Source: Eledone cirrhosa (taxonomy: Eukaryota). From it: DNA of 64,000 nucleotides. Positions within the stretch are counted from its first letter, which is position 1. Each line of letters opens with the position of its first letter. Shown piece by piece: positions 14,231-27,859 of this stretch. The stretch spans positions 30,380,001-30,444,000 of the forward strand of contig OZ024742.1 in assembly GCA_964016885.1 (NCBI GenBank), read 5' to 3'. The notes under the pieces are model-generated. The model was not told where the DNA came from, did no database searches, and was given only the letters and a program-made list of their open reading frames with translations. The position numbers and the translations under genes were made by a program.

Positions 14231-16890
14231 TATATATATATATATTTATATATATATATATTTATATATATATATTTATATATATATATTTATATATATA
14301 GAAATTACATGAATCAAAGTTCTGTTCAAATCATTTATTCGCTTACAATTGTTTCTACCAAACCGAGGTATGGTGTCTTCGGAGCAATTTTTCAATGATT
14401 GTTTACATACATGACCTCCTTTTCAACACAAGAGACATACAGAAACATATGTATATATTGATGCACAGTGGGTTGACATCCATTATAATATTTAAGCATG
14501 GCAGTTTATCTTCAAAGATTAAAGTCATATTAAAAGAAAATTACAACAAAATTAAAGTTATAATACAACATTGGCAGTTTACGAAGAAGATGCAGGAGGA
14601 TAGTTAGAAGAAGTTAGTTACACGTGGGGCATGCACGTGTGTCTTATTTATATAAGATTATAGTGCGGTAGGGTGTTATATGGAATATAAGCACTTTAAG
14701 CGGCCAATCAAGAGTATTATGGGGGTTGTATAGTATTTTATATGTATGATATAGAAGCTTGTGTGCAGAGAAATATTTAAGAATGAGAAGAAAATCTCTA
14801 CCAACCTACCTAGAGCTTTCTTCTCACTCCTAGATAAAAACTTCCCATCTGGCCACAAGTACCATAGCCTTTTAAACAAAAACACCATTAAAATCTCCTA
14901 CTCTACTACGCCTAACATAGCATACCACATAGCTAGTAGCAATAAAAGAAAAATTAATTCTTACTTCCAACAAACTAAATCACAACAGGCGATAAACCTT
15001 CATAATAACATTATATCAACTAACCCTAATAACAATAGTAATAGCACTAGTGTAAGCAATAACGCTGTGAACATCAACCCCCATAACCATAATCCTATAG
15101 CTACCTTCCGACTTCTACACAACTTAATAACCGGCAGACTAACACCCAGAATAATTGTAACTGTAGATCAAATAGAACCTGCCCTTTAGATAAAAAATGC
15201 TTAATCAAGGATATAATATACTCATGCACAGTCACAACTAGCAACTCTTCTGAAACCTATATAGGCTCTACTTCAAACTGCTTCAAAACTAGATACAATT
15301 CGCACCTCCACTCTTTCAAAAAACACAGTCTAGCCAACTCCACTTCACTATCTAGCTACATACACTATCTAAAAACTAAAAATAAATCTTATACACTTAA
15401 ATGGGAAGTGATAGGTAACGCGACATCGAACAAACAACCTAATAAATTTTGTAACCTCTGTCTACTAGAGACCCATACTATCATCTTCTCAAACAGTAAC
15501 CTCCTTAATAAAAAATCAGAAATGTTCGCGTCTTGCCAGCACCGCTTCCGACACTCCTTCCAAAACTTTAAACCCAATATATAAACCGTCACCACCTCTA
15601 GCAACTAACCTCAAGGGCACACCTTACACCACATCTCCACACTCAATGATCCACATTAACACAAATAGTGACTTCCTTCTAGAACCTTTTACCCTAGAGA
15701 TATCCCCCATGTACTTCTGCTTTTGGTATAATTGCCTTCAATTACTTAGACTACATTACACCACTATATAATTAATGTAAACTTTAAACACTGAATGGGT
15801 TGTGCTAATGTTGTTCTGTGTATGGAGTGCCATCATTGGATAATTTATTAACATAAAAGAACTATATAACCTATATGCTGGGTACAATGAATTATGTACA
15901 AGTGATATATGAGTTGTACATACATGTATGACTTGATGGTCGGATTGGTGACATTGTGAGTGAGAATTGATCTCTGGTCTACCCTAGTGATATTTAACTT
16001 TGCCATGCAATCAGACATGCACTGACCCAGAGCTTACCGGGAGTTATATATAGAAGTGATTATAATAAAACCCTGCCAGGTTCTGCGGGTATACTACACT
16101 TACAAAGATCATTGATTTGAGGATCTGACTCTTCATGTAGAATATTCAGTTGTGGCACTCTATGATAGAGGGTAATCATCCTAATATGAACACCTTTAGT
16201 ACTTCTTAATAGACTAGACTGTAATTTAATGATAGGATACTTATACTTTGAAACTGTTTATAACCTATATGATAGGGACTCATGTGTGACACCATTTATT
16301 GTACATTAGGATAATAAATTTTAGTTATAGAAATCAGCTAGTTACCTCCCCTCACGCATTAACTCCCCTTAATCACACACACACTTCCGGAAAATAATAC
16401 GATGTTAAGCCTCGCAACAAAAACAACCTGCTCTATAATATTGGATTAAAGAATATTCCAACCTAATTCATCAAGCATCCAATATTGAATCATCGTAGAT
16501 TATGTGAAGGACATATAATCTATATATTACGTTTCCTGGATTGTGAAAATGGTGGTATATACGAAAAACCATAACACTGTTTTGCTTCTCATTCTTAAAT
16601 ATTTCTCTGCACACACGCTTCTATATCATACATATAAAATACTATACAACCCCCATAATACTCTTGATTGCCCGCTTAAAGTGCTTATATTCCATATAAC
16701 ACCTTACCGCACTATAATCTTATATAAATAAGACACATGTGCATGCCCCATGTGTAACTAACTTCTTCTAACTATCCTCCTGCATCTTCTTCGTAAACTG
16801 CCAATGTTGTATTATAACTTTAATTTTGTTGTAATTTTCTTTTAATATGACTTTAATCTTTGAAGATAAACTGCCATGCTTAAACATTAT

Positions 16891-17071
16891 AATTGTTTCT
16901 ACTTTAGGCACAAGGCCAGCAATTACCCAGTGCATTACTGGTACTTTATTTTATCGACCCCGTAAGGATGAAAGGCAAAGTCAACCTCGGCGGGATTTGA
17001 ACTCAGATCGTAAAGGCACGTAACTATGCTGGAAAGCATGGCGTCCGACCCTCTACCGATACTGCCAATCC
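16891..17071 (-). mobile_element. Meta-like tRNA SINE inserted in one arm of the PLE inverted repeat
   Basis: Full SINE. It is absent from the partner arm near 14485, with a short AAT duplication. Confidence 0.9.
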
Positions 17072-17170
17072 AATGGATGTCAACCCACTGTGCATCAATA
17101 TATACATATGTTTCTGTATGTCTCTTGTGTTGAAAAGGAGGTCATGTATGTAAACAATCATTGAAAAATT

Positions 17171-17215
17171 GCTCCGAAGACTCCAAACCTCGGTTTGGAA
17201 GAAACAATTGTAAGC
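17171..17215 (+). ncRNA. Minimal type I hammerhead (U4>C variant); antisense copy at 14341-14385
   Basis: GCT-CCGAAGA-CTCCAAACC-TC-GGTTTGGAA-GAAA-CAATTG-TA-AGC, followed by AATAAA. Confidence 0.7.
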
Positions 17216-17442
17216 GAATAAATGATTTGAACAGAACTTTGATTCATGTAATTTCTATATAACTGCTCTGTAGAACAATTGATGTTATTACATTGAGCTA
17301 TTTATCTTACTGGTAATAAGGTAGTAATAAATTACTGTCTTTCACTGTTTAGGGTTTAAATATATATAACTATAAAAGTGTTTAGTATATACATAACCAT
17401 AAATAGTATCCTTAATACTATATTTACATATATATATTTATA

Positions 17443-17678
17443 TAACGAAGGAGTTGTGGTAAGGAATCAGATGGACCATAACGCACCAGAGTACTCAATA
17501 CTTAGGGTAGTAGAGTGGATAATAGGAGAAAGTAAGACCCTGACAGCAGTGCTCAAGCCGTTTCGACGGCTATTTCTGGACTAAAGTAAGAGTTTTTTTA
17601 GTCTAAAAAAACTCTTACTTTAGTCCAGAAATAGCCGTCGAAACGACTTGAGCTCTGCCGTCGGGGTCTTACTTTCTC
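17443..17678. mobile_element. PLE-type pseudo-LTR fold-back; near-perfect palindrome 17526-17678 centred on 17602
   Basis: Same family as 741-915; contains the AGTACTCAATAC motif. Confidence 0.65.
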
Positions 17679-18120
17679 ATATATATATATATATATATAT
17701 ATAAAGGAGATTAATCATTATTGCAAGGTATCTATATTCAGGGTTCTTGTTAATTTTTAACTAGGTGTGTTTACACTCTTTACAAATTATCCCCTGTAAT
17801 TGTTGAATGTATTATTTTATATATGTATATATATGTCATTCGACTTTGAATTTAATGTTAATAACCGCTCGGATTTACTAGTTGTAATCTTTGAGCTTAT
17901 TCCACAGGTGGTATGGCACGTGCTTCTGATATTCTCAGACATGGCATCTTTAATCTAATTTTGGTATATATATAAACATGTATCTGTATATATAACATAT
18001 ATATATAAACATATATATGAAAAGATTCAGGACCCCGACTGCTGAGCTCCGGCCGTTTCGACAGCTAGATCCGAACGTTATGGTCCACTTGGTATCTTAC
18101 CACACCCTCTTTATTCTTTA

Positions 18121-18662
18121 CTAGCAGTGGTACCCGGCGTTGCACGGGATAAGGTATTTTGGAACGCGGGCCGCCAACAGACCTAATCGTGGAAAAACTG
18201 CATGCTCGGACATATAAAGAAAATAAACCGAATACTCTGATGGCAGGATAATCTTTAAGATTTTACTCGATGAAGCAGGAAAAATGCAGGTTTTCACCTA
18301 ATGCAGGCCCCAGGGGATGTGCCTTGAAATTTTGGGAAAATCGGCTAGACTTAACGCCTCAAAAAAGCCCTAAAAAGCTGAAAAAAAGGAAGTTTTTCAC
18401 CTAATACGGGCCCTAGGCCATAAAAAAGTTGGATTTTCTTTGCTCACGGTATGAAGAAGAGACTGATTAATACATAGTTACAATTTCAAGGAAATCGGTC
18501 TAACGTAACGCCTCAAAAAAAACCTAAAAACCTGAAAAAACGCAGTTTTTCACCTAATGCCCAAAAAGTGGAATTTTTTATGTGCATAACACTCCCTGAA
18601 ACATAAGTAATACACATGTAAAGTTTGAAAAAAGTCGGTTGGGTACTTCTCGAGTTTTAGGG

Positions 18663-18735
<73 letters not shown>

Positions 18736-19029
18736 CACATCCTCAGGGAAGTGACGTAATGCAGATAGCCAGACATACAGACAGATATTATAAGGGCGCG
18801 ACGTTATATGTATGTATCTATCTAAAAAGAGAAAGACTAAAAATTATATAGAGAGATTGCTAGATCGCTTAATGCGGTCCCTAGAGCATTGAAAATTATG
18901 AATTTTTTTTGCTCAGAACACTCCCTGTGTAAAGTTTGAAAACAGTCGGTTGGGTGTTTCTCGAGTTTTAGGGATTCAAACTCACACACACACAGACAGA
19001 CATCTTCAATTTTATATCTTATATATAAA
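18121..19029 (-). mobile_element. Non-autonomous Helitron
   Basis: CTAG at 18121-24 with hairpin CCCGGCGTTGCACGGG (18133-48). The 5' region is homologous to 21934-22060. Confidence 0.85.
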
Positions 19030-19174
19030 CACACATATATATATATATATGTGTGTGTGTATGAAATTTATATATATATATGTATATATACGTATATATA
19101 TGTATATGTATATGTATATATATATATGTATATATATATGTATATATATGTATATATAGAGAGAGGGAGAGAGA

Positions 19175-19258
<84 letters not shown>

Positions 19259-19528
19259 TGGATGTGTAGTTGCATTTATAAACTGAACTGCCAGAAACCA
19301 TGTTAAGTCAACAGAATGAATTCTCGCTATAATTTAGAGGTCTAACACTCTGAAATATTGTCACACTAGTTAGGCTGAGGTAGTGCGTTATGGGTACACG
19401 TCCCTGCGGAATACTCACCCAGTTATGCTTTAATTTAACAAATTGGACGTTCAGTTAATCAAACAACTGAATGGACATCTTCGAAATAGACGGAAGATCA
19501 ATCATTCATATATATATATATATATATA

Positions 19529-19638
<110 letters not shown>

Positions 19639-19709
19639 ATGATCCTGCGAGTGCGTATGTGAAAGCCCAAAGTAACAAGGCTCATCACGTAGCCATAATA
19701 AATGAATAT

Positions 19710-19788
19710 AGAGGGTGTTCCAAAAAAATGTATACATATATTTATTAGAATACTGAAGTATATATACATTTTTGGAGGACACCCAGTA
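19710..19788. mobile_element. Tiny Tc1/mariner-type MITE
   Basis: Imperfect TIRs GGGTGTTCCAAAAAAATGTATA / TATACATTTTTGGAGGACACCC flanked by TA. Confidence 0.55.
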
Positions 19789-20643
19789 TAAATATATATA
19801 TGTGTGTGTATGTGTGTGTGTGTCTATGTGCGTGTCTGTGTGTGTGTGTGTGTGTGTATGTGTGTCTATGTGCGTGTCTGTGTGAGTGTGTGTATGTGTG
19901 TGTGTGTGTGTATGTGTCTCTGTGTCTGTGTGTCTGTGTGTATGTGTGTGTGTGTGTGTCTGTGTGTCTGTGTATGTGTGTATGTGTGTATGTGCGTATG
20001 TGTGTGTATGTGTGTATGTGTGTCTGTGTCTGTGTGTATGTGTGTATGTGTGTATGTGTGTGTATGTGTGTGTGTGCCCATCGCTGTCTTTGACAGCATT
20101 TAGCTGTTTTAACAGCTGTTCTAGCGATGCGTTTTGTAAGTTTTATATGAATATACATATATGTATGTATAGGTATATGCAGTGGCGGACTGACCAGGTT
20201 GCCAGGCTGCTCAATGGCAAGTAGACCCCAAGGGGCCCACGGTAGCATTGCAAGATCCCACAGTAGCATTGCAGGGCCCACTGTAGTATTTTAGAGGCCA
20301 ATGCTTTGCTTTAAAAAAATACCTGAAATCTAAGAGAAGGAATTAAAAAAATTTTAAATAAATAAAACAATTAAGCAAAGCATTTGGTCAACCAATTCCC
20401 CAGAGAATTACTAGAAACCAAAATATATGTTAGTGCAAATAGCTGGAATCTGTGGTTATACATTCTACTAAATCTAAAGCTTAGTGTATTCATTCATGCA
20501 TGGAAACATACATATATATATAGAGAGAGAGAGAGGGCGTGGGGGAGAAATGAGGTGCAACAGAAATGAAATATGGATTACAGGTTAAAATGTAGTCTAG
20601 ATAGATGTGAAACAAAAAGAGGATGTAGTTTAAGGAACACCCA

Positions 20644-21097
20644 AATGATTTAGAAGTCGACCTTAAGTAGGAGCAATAACATTAAGAATGACACCACAAC
20701 ACTTTGTTTTGAAAATTTTGAAAGTAGGTTTATTAGTATGAATTTTCATAAGATTTTCGTAGTTGTACCTAGCGGTAGATACTAAAGACGGTGGAGATCC
20801 TGGTCTTGGGTTCAATCCTGGTCAAGAGGTACATTAGTCTTTTTCGGTTTTTATTTTTCAACCAATAGAAAAAAACTGAAAAGGTTTACCGGGAAGCCTA
20901 CTCCGAACAGGATCGAACTTCAGACCAGGATCACCACCGCCTATGATTTCTCTAACTAGGCTACCGAGACAGCTACAAAAGTATAATGAAAATTGATAAT
21001 TATAAACCTACTTTCAAAATCAAAGTTAAAAAAGATGTGGTGTCGTTCGTGGCTTTCCTGGAGCTTTAGTAATATTTAGGATCGACTTCTGGTCATT
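20644..21097. repeat. Imperfect ~450-bp palindrome with convergent tRNA-like arms
   Basis: The arms align throughout (e.g. TTTTGAAAGTAGGTTTAT / ATAAACCTACTTTCAAAA). B boxes at 20809-18 (+) and 20910-19 (-); A box TAGCCTAGTTAG on minus at ~20952-63. Confidence 0.8.
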
Positions 21098-21287
21098 GTT
21101 GAAAGTCTCTGGATTTCGCATTTTTCATTGGAGAAGGTAAGATATTTTTCCGCAAAAATTTGATTGCACTGTTTTGTTTCCACAATGCTATTTATTCATT
21201 ATAAAAATTAAATGATAGCATTCTATATGTAGGTGGGCTCCCTTCATCTCCTGGCAACCAATATTTTTAGACCCAGTTCGCCACGGG

Positions 21288-21393
<106 letters not shown>

Positions 21394-21539
21394 ATAAAAA
21401 AGAAAACTTTTTTCGCTCTACATGGCTGAATACAATAAATGTAATCTGAGTTTTTCGAATATTAATAAAAAATAAAATAATAAAATTTTCTTTTTTATTT
21501 GAATTTGGCAAAGCCGGCCATTTATCGTTCGTATACAGG

Positions 21540-21655
21540 AAACTGACTGGCCAGTCTGCTGATATACAAATCTGGCTTATCAGTGGATCTGCTAATATGC
21601 AGATCTGACTGATCAGCCAGTCTGCTAATATGCAAATCAGGCCGATCAGTCATTG
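21540..21655. repeat. Degenerate 33-bp tandem repeat (~3.5 copies)
   Basis: Recurrent TCTGCTAATATGCAAATC. Confidence 0.7.
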
Positions 21656-21933
21656 TGTATTTTTGAAAATACCATATATTTTCACTAGCTCTGACAGTTT
21701 GGTAGGTGAACAGTGAGCTGTACTGATGAAGGGTAATACCCAGAAACATTAGTGTCTGCAGTTCTGTTCACATGCCAACACAAGAGCAAGAATGAAGTGT
21801 TCATTCTACTGACATGGCTATAAAATTCAGGCTTGTTTGCATAATTGCAAACGAATCGAATGTTATTATTAATATTCGAAAACTCAGATTACATTTATTA
21901 TATATATATATATATATATTTTTTTTTTTTTAA

Positions 21934-22394
21934 TCTATATATCTAAAACAGAGAATGTATGTCTGTCTGACTCCCTAAAACTCGAGAACCACCCAACCGA
22001 TTGTTTTCAAACTTTATACATGTAATACTTATGGTTGTGTGAGTGTTTTGAGCAAAAACTATTTCAAAATTTCAATGCCCTAGGGACCGCATTAGGCGCC
22101 GGTTAGCGAGCTCTCTCTCTCTCTCTCTTTCTTAGTCTGTCTTTTTAGATAGATACCTAGCTACAACGTCGTGCCCTTATAATATCTGTATGTATGTCTG
22201 GCTGCCTGCATTACGACATTATGACACTATCTGTGTGTGTGTGTGTATATATGTATATATAATGTGTGTATATATACATATAGTGGTTAACGTTTTTCGA
22301 AATATTTACTTCTGCGTTCACAGATTGATTTTTTTAGTTTCAGAAAATCCCATTAAGGGTGAAAGCAGCGATTCTTTGCTTAAACTTGAATCTG

Positions 22395-22459
<65 letters not shown>

Positions 22460-22893
22460 TATTCGTGTACAGATATTTTTGCATACACAATAACAAAATA
22501 TAAACAAACGTATTTATTTGACGAGGCTCGATAAGGATAAATATATATCAAATATATAAGAACCCTAGAGCAAATATTGTTCTCATTGCTGACGAGGCAG
22601 AAGGGGATATACACGATTGGCTGAAAAAGGACGAGACTGTGTTAGTAGTACGACCAACGGCTGCTATCACACCAACAGCAGCAAAAACAACAACAACAAA
22701 TAGAGGGAACGCAATTACATGCCTTTGAAAAATCTTAATGGAAAATTATTTGCCTATTCACCTAAAGCGACTTCACTTTTTATTAGGACTTTTGCACCAA
22801 TTGGTAAACATACGACGAAACTGTTTCAGAAGGGAGGGATAAACATGCCAATCTATGTTTAGAATCCCGAGCAACGCCGGGCCATTCTGCTAG
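21934..22893 (+). mobile_element. Complete non-autonomous Helitron (A|TC...CTAG|T)
   Basis: 5' TCTATATATCTAAAA, 3' hairpin CCCGAGCAACGCCGGG at 22866-81, CTAG at 22890-93. Inserted between A and T with no TSD. Confidence 0.88.
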
Positions 22894-23151
22894 TAATAGA
22901 TATATTACTAAGATTCATTTTGCGGTATATGAACAATGTGTGCTTGTTTTTGTTTGTGTGAATGTGTTTGTATGTGTATGTATATGGTGTATGTAATGTG
23001 TGCGACCGTGTTTTATGTGGTGTGTGTGTGTGTGTGTATGTGTGGTATTATTGCTCTTAAATACCCAAAGATGGATCACAGAAGTCTTTCTTTTTCATCT
23101 AACGGTGATCGTTAAAATAACTATAACACATTATCAATTGTTTTGTAGTCT

Positions 23152-23222
<71 letters not shown>

Positions 23223-23262
23223 ATGTGTGTGTATATATATATAGATAGATATAGATATATAC

Positions 23263-23299
<37 letters not shown>

Positions 23300-23404
23300 T
23301 ATATATATATATATGTATATATGTATATATATATATGTATATATATATGTATATATATGTATATATATATATATGTGTGTATATATATATATGTATAAAT
23401 ATAT

Positions 23405-23503
<99 letters not shown>

Positions 23504-24248
23504 AATGAATGTTACGGCAAAAAGTACTGACATTGTGGTCAGAGACAATGAGAGTATGTCACAAGGACAGACGCTCACTTACGCCATTTAAGTGCACTGA
23601 ACACACTTTACCTTATTTTGCATATATGCATTGTTATTTCCGTATTGTTTGATGCTGAAGGTGCAGTATTGGTTGTGAGCTTTCAACTGCCGTATCGATT
23701 ACCACTTTGATGGTGTATTTTATCTAGACGTCTGGCTGTGAATATATTACTTTAGTTCAGTCTGTGTATGGGGAAGGTTAGTTATATTTCTGTCTGTCTG
23801 TTTGTTTGTCTGTCGGTATGGAGTGTGGTTTTTTTTTCTATTATATGTCTTCGTTGGATTGTGTTTATATGTGTATCAGTATGTGCGTGCGTTTTTGGCT
23901 GTGTGTATCTCTATGTGTGTATTAGTGTATGTATTTATGTGTGTGTTTCAGTGTGTATCTATTTATGTATATATATATATATATATACATATGTGAGTCT
24001 CTCTCTCTCTCTGTGCGTGTGTGGGTGTGTGAATGTGCGTGTACCTGTGTGTGTTGGTTTGTGTTGGTGTGTGTCCGTGTTTGTGTTTACGGTTTTCTCA
24101 TGAGTAGTAACCTAGCAGTTTAACTAAAAGAGATCGATAAAATAAGTAGGAAATTTGAAAATAAATTAAGTACTTGGGTCGATATGTTTGAAAAAAATCC
24201 CTCCGTGACGGCCCCAGCATGGACGCAGTCTAATCACTGAAACCAGTA

Positions 24249-24312
<64 letters not shown>

Positions 24313-24324
24313 AGTATATATATG

Positions 24325-24590
24325 AGTCTCGGGGTCTCGGGGTTCAATCCAGTGTAACCACAGTAAGTAAGGTACTCAATACATTAGGTCCCAGATTCAA
24401 GCCATTTACCACAACCATGGGTCACCTTATGTCTTGTGAGGGGAAACAATTGAAAAAGTCGAGTCAAAATATACCCTCCTGAAGATGGAAATAAAGTGGA
24501 CAGAGGTACCTGCGAGGAATCGAATAATAGATGAAAAGAATTGATTAAATTACTCGTCTGTTTTCCGTCTCCAGGGGGTATTTTACCCAA
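24325..24590. mobile_element. PLE-type pseudo-LTR fragment with short fold-back (24467-24495 / 24561-24584)
   Basis: Shares CACAGTAAGTAAGGTACTCAATACATTAG with 30611-30665; contains CTGAAGA. Confidence 0.5.
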
Positions 24591-25119
24591 TATTCTCAAC
24601 TTTTATAGTGACCAACTATTATTATGGTCATTTGCGTTTGTAACGCATTCATTTCAATTTTTTTAAACACAAATAATTTTTGGTCGATTTTTAAGGGGGC
24701 CATCTTCATATTCGACGTAGCGATCATGATTGGTAGAGGTAGAGAAGAGAGTGAGGGGAGGCAGGGTGGAAGGTGGGGGAGGCGGGGTGATTGTTTTTCT
24801 TTGTTTTATTTGTTTATTTGTTTATCTATTTTGACCTTTTAGGGTCATATGACAATTATTAAGAAACAATGCATCAAGAGAAGAGAAGGCTGGGCTGGCT
24901 GACAATCTGGCTTGTTGGTTGGATAGTTGATTGGTTAACCTGTTGGGTGTTGTTGTTGTTGTGAACAAATTTATTGACTAATTTCAGCATAAAAGGAACA
25001 GTTAATAGAGGTTAAAGATTTCAATAATAATCTTTAACATACTCACAATAAACTATTTTGCTTTGTCCTCAAACTGTGGCTTTTAGTTTTTGCCGAAAAA
25101 AAAAACAACGTTAAAAACT

Positions 25120-25598
25120 ATCATCATCATCACCATCATCACCATCACCATCATCACCATCATCATCACCACCATCACCCTCATCATTATCATCACCATC
25201 ACCATCATCACCCTTATCACCACCACCACCACCATTATCATCATCATCACCATCATCATCACCACCACCATCATCATCACCACCACCATCATCATCATTA
25301 TCATCACCATCACCATCATCATTATCATCACCATCACCATCATCACCCTTATCACCACCATCATCACCACCATCATCATCATCACCATCATCATCACCAC
25401 CATCATCATCACCACCACCATCATCATCACCACCACCATCATCATCATCACCACCATCATCATCACCATCCTCACACTTATCACCACCACCACCATCATC
25501 ATCATCACCCTCATCACCACCACCACCATTATCATCATCATCACCCTCACCATCATCATCATCATCATCATCATCATCACCGCCATCGTTATTATTAT
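25120..25598. repeat. (ATC/ACC)n trinucleotide tract
   Basis: Direct inspection. Confidence 0.95.
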
Positions 25599-25684
25599 AG
25601 CGTGTTATAGCGAAATAGTATAGCGTGTTATAGTGTGTTGTTACTGCACTACTGAGCACAGCTCTCTCTCTCTCTATCTATCTA

Positions 25685-25719
<35 letters not shown>

Positions 25720-25974
25720 ACCTTCGGTTGTGCAGTGTTGTTGTTTTTTGGCGATGTTCTTTCAATTGTATTGGGTACATTCTTTGTAATATATGTGTTG
25801 TGTCTAGTAGGAGTTATTTGCTGCATGTTGTATATGTTTGTAAGTCATCAGGTTTGGCTTATGAACCCGTCTGTGTTGTTTTTTAATCATTCCCAGAGCA
25901 TCTATTATAATAGGAACTGTTTCTGTTTTCATCATCCACATTTGGGTTATTTCTATCTCTAGATCTTTACTGTA

Positions 25975-26230
25975 TGGTCACGTAACTTTTGGTGGAGTCC
26001 TAAGGACGCTGTATTGACATACGGCGTTTCTGGGGCATTTCCTTTCCAGGTCAGAATACTGCAGATTTCTTCTAGAGAAAAATATCAAACTGTTACTTTT
26101 TCTATCTACTTCAAATGGATGAAAAACAAAGTTGACCTCGGCTGAATTTGAACTCAGAGAGTAGAGACACAAAACGAATAACGCAAACCAGCCAATCAGA
26201 CGTTCTAATGACTCTACCAATTCGCCGCCT
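25975..26230 (-). mobile_element. Meta-like SINE subfamily with an alternative 3' tail (also 54020-54325 and 58988-59275)
   Basis: A SINE head joined to a shared tail containing GCAGATTTCTTC..AG and GTAACT..TGATAGAG..GTAGGGGC. Confidence 0.65.
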
Positions 26231-26402
26231 ATATTCATATTGGGATAATTTCTTCATTTCTTTGAAGGATATATTGTCGTCTGCGGGGATACACACGTCA
26301 ATTTGTTCATGTCTTGATGTAACGTATTTCACATTGCTCTGTAAGTTTGTTGTTTCTTTAACTATATAGAAAATGTTTGATGAAACTACAGGATCCCATG
26401 GA

Positions 26403-26481
<79 letters not shown>

Positions 26482-26734
26482 CGTATTTGTGTGTGTATGT
26501 GTGTGTGTGTGCGTATTTGTGTGTGTGTGCGTGCATGCGTGTGTGTACGTGCATGTGTGTATTTATGTTTGTATTTGTGTCAGGGATTATGTCCTATAAC
26601 TTAGCGGTTCAACGAAAACGGATCGATAAAATGCTTTGAAAAATATTTATTGCGAAATGGTATCACCGATGAAATCAAAGTCATGCCCCAGCATGGCCAA
26701 AGCCAAATGAGTAAAATCAGTAAAAGATTAAAAC

Positions 26735-26865
26735 ATCAGTTCTTGTCTGATGACCATGAGATAAACAGGCGGAACTCCAGACTAGCAAGCCTCACTATTT
26801 AGCCTAAATAAATTGAATATTAAAACTCTACTTCGGGTATTGAGTACTCTTTTCTCACAGCCATG
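26735..26865 (+). mobile_element. PLE pseudo-LTR with decayed hammerhead
   Basis: CTGATGA-CC..GG-CGGAAC-TCCAG-ACTA, then AATAAA, then CTCTACT..GTATTGAGTACT. Confidence 0.55.
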
Positions 26866-26880
26866 AAGTCAACCACATAC

Positions 26881-26983
<103 letters not shown>

Positions 26984-27115
26984 CAGAAGTGATATTCAAT
27001 TTGTTGGTAATTCAACAAATATAAATGTTTATCCATGACTATCCAGGGATAACTTGAACCGTTAAGGTATATTCTCCTTGGTCATGTCAAAATTTATAAA
27101 ACACACTTTTCGTAT

Positions 27116-27170
27116 TTTATCTGATGATAGCGTACCAAAATTTTGGTACCCTTGAAATATATGTAATAGA
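27116..27170 (+). ncRNA. Type I hammerhead in a PLE pseudo-LTR (26982-27213), related to 37842-37896
   Basis: TTTAT-CTGATGA-TAGCGTACCAAAA/TTTTGGTACCCTT-GAAA-TATATGTA-ATAGA. Confidence 0.6.
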
Positions 27171-27215
27171 ATAAATATGGTTTTATAAATATAGTTTCCA
27201 TTTATTTAATATCAT

Positions 27216-27266
<51 letters not shown>

Positions 27267-27539
27267 TTGCGAGGTGACCTAAGAGAATTATAAATAAATA
27301 AATAAATAAATAAATACATACACAAGCACAATAACAACAAACACATATAAACACACACTAGTAAACTAAGATAGAATACAATAACCAAAACACAGTTACC
27401 CAAACACGAACACACATCAAACACTATACACACACGCAAACGCATGCGCAGAGAAGACAAAAATAAATAAATAAATAAATAAACAGATTAAATAAAGATG
27501 GCGTAGACATACAATACAACAGGAGGAAACATAATAGCA

Positions 27540-27579
27540 CCACTGACGATGTTGCAGATGTGCAACGAAAGAACTTTGT
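27540..27579 (+). ncRNA. Minimal type I hammerhead in a PLE pseudo-LTR (27265-27775; same family as 8590-9000 and 30030-30300)
   Basis: CTGACGA-T-GTTGCA-GATG-TGCAAC-GAAAG-AA-CTT. A relative lies at 30171-30210 (-). Confidence 0.65.
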
Positions 27580-27767
27580 TAGACTATATAAGTGTGTTTG
27601 TGTCTATATTGTATCTGTATTTTTGACCGTTGGTCAGTCAATGGTAAACATTGAGGAGCGAATAAATTAACTGATATAAAAGATACAGAAGCGAAAACCA
27701 ACCAAACAGTGAGTGTGTTCTGTTATTAATTCTGGCAATATTATTACAACAATATGACCCTCCCCAA

Positions 27768-27821
<54 letters not shown>

Positions 27822-27859
27822 AGGAGGTTATAGTTCACTTGAAGCATTGTGTAATGAGG

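Larger units (their letters stand above)
14296..17290 (+). mobile_element. Penelope-like element: inverted 5' pseudo-LTR (14296-14791), truncated ORF with GIY-YIG (14792-15584), long 3' region, pseudo-LTR (16586-17260)
   Basis: CNCR..CPL..C zinc knuckle, IIYSC..TYIGST..FKTRY..H, CNLCLLE..LLNKKSE..CQH. Inverted arms are clearly homologous. Confidence 0.9.

Noticed and set aside
25083-25659. Poly-M/V, poly-I/T and poly-D/G ORFs
   Set aside because: An (ATC/ACC)n tract that lacks stops by composition; no splice context.
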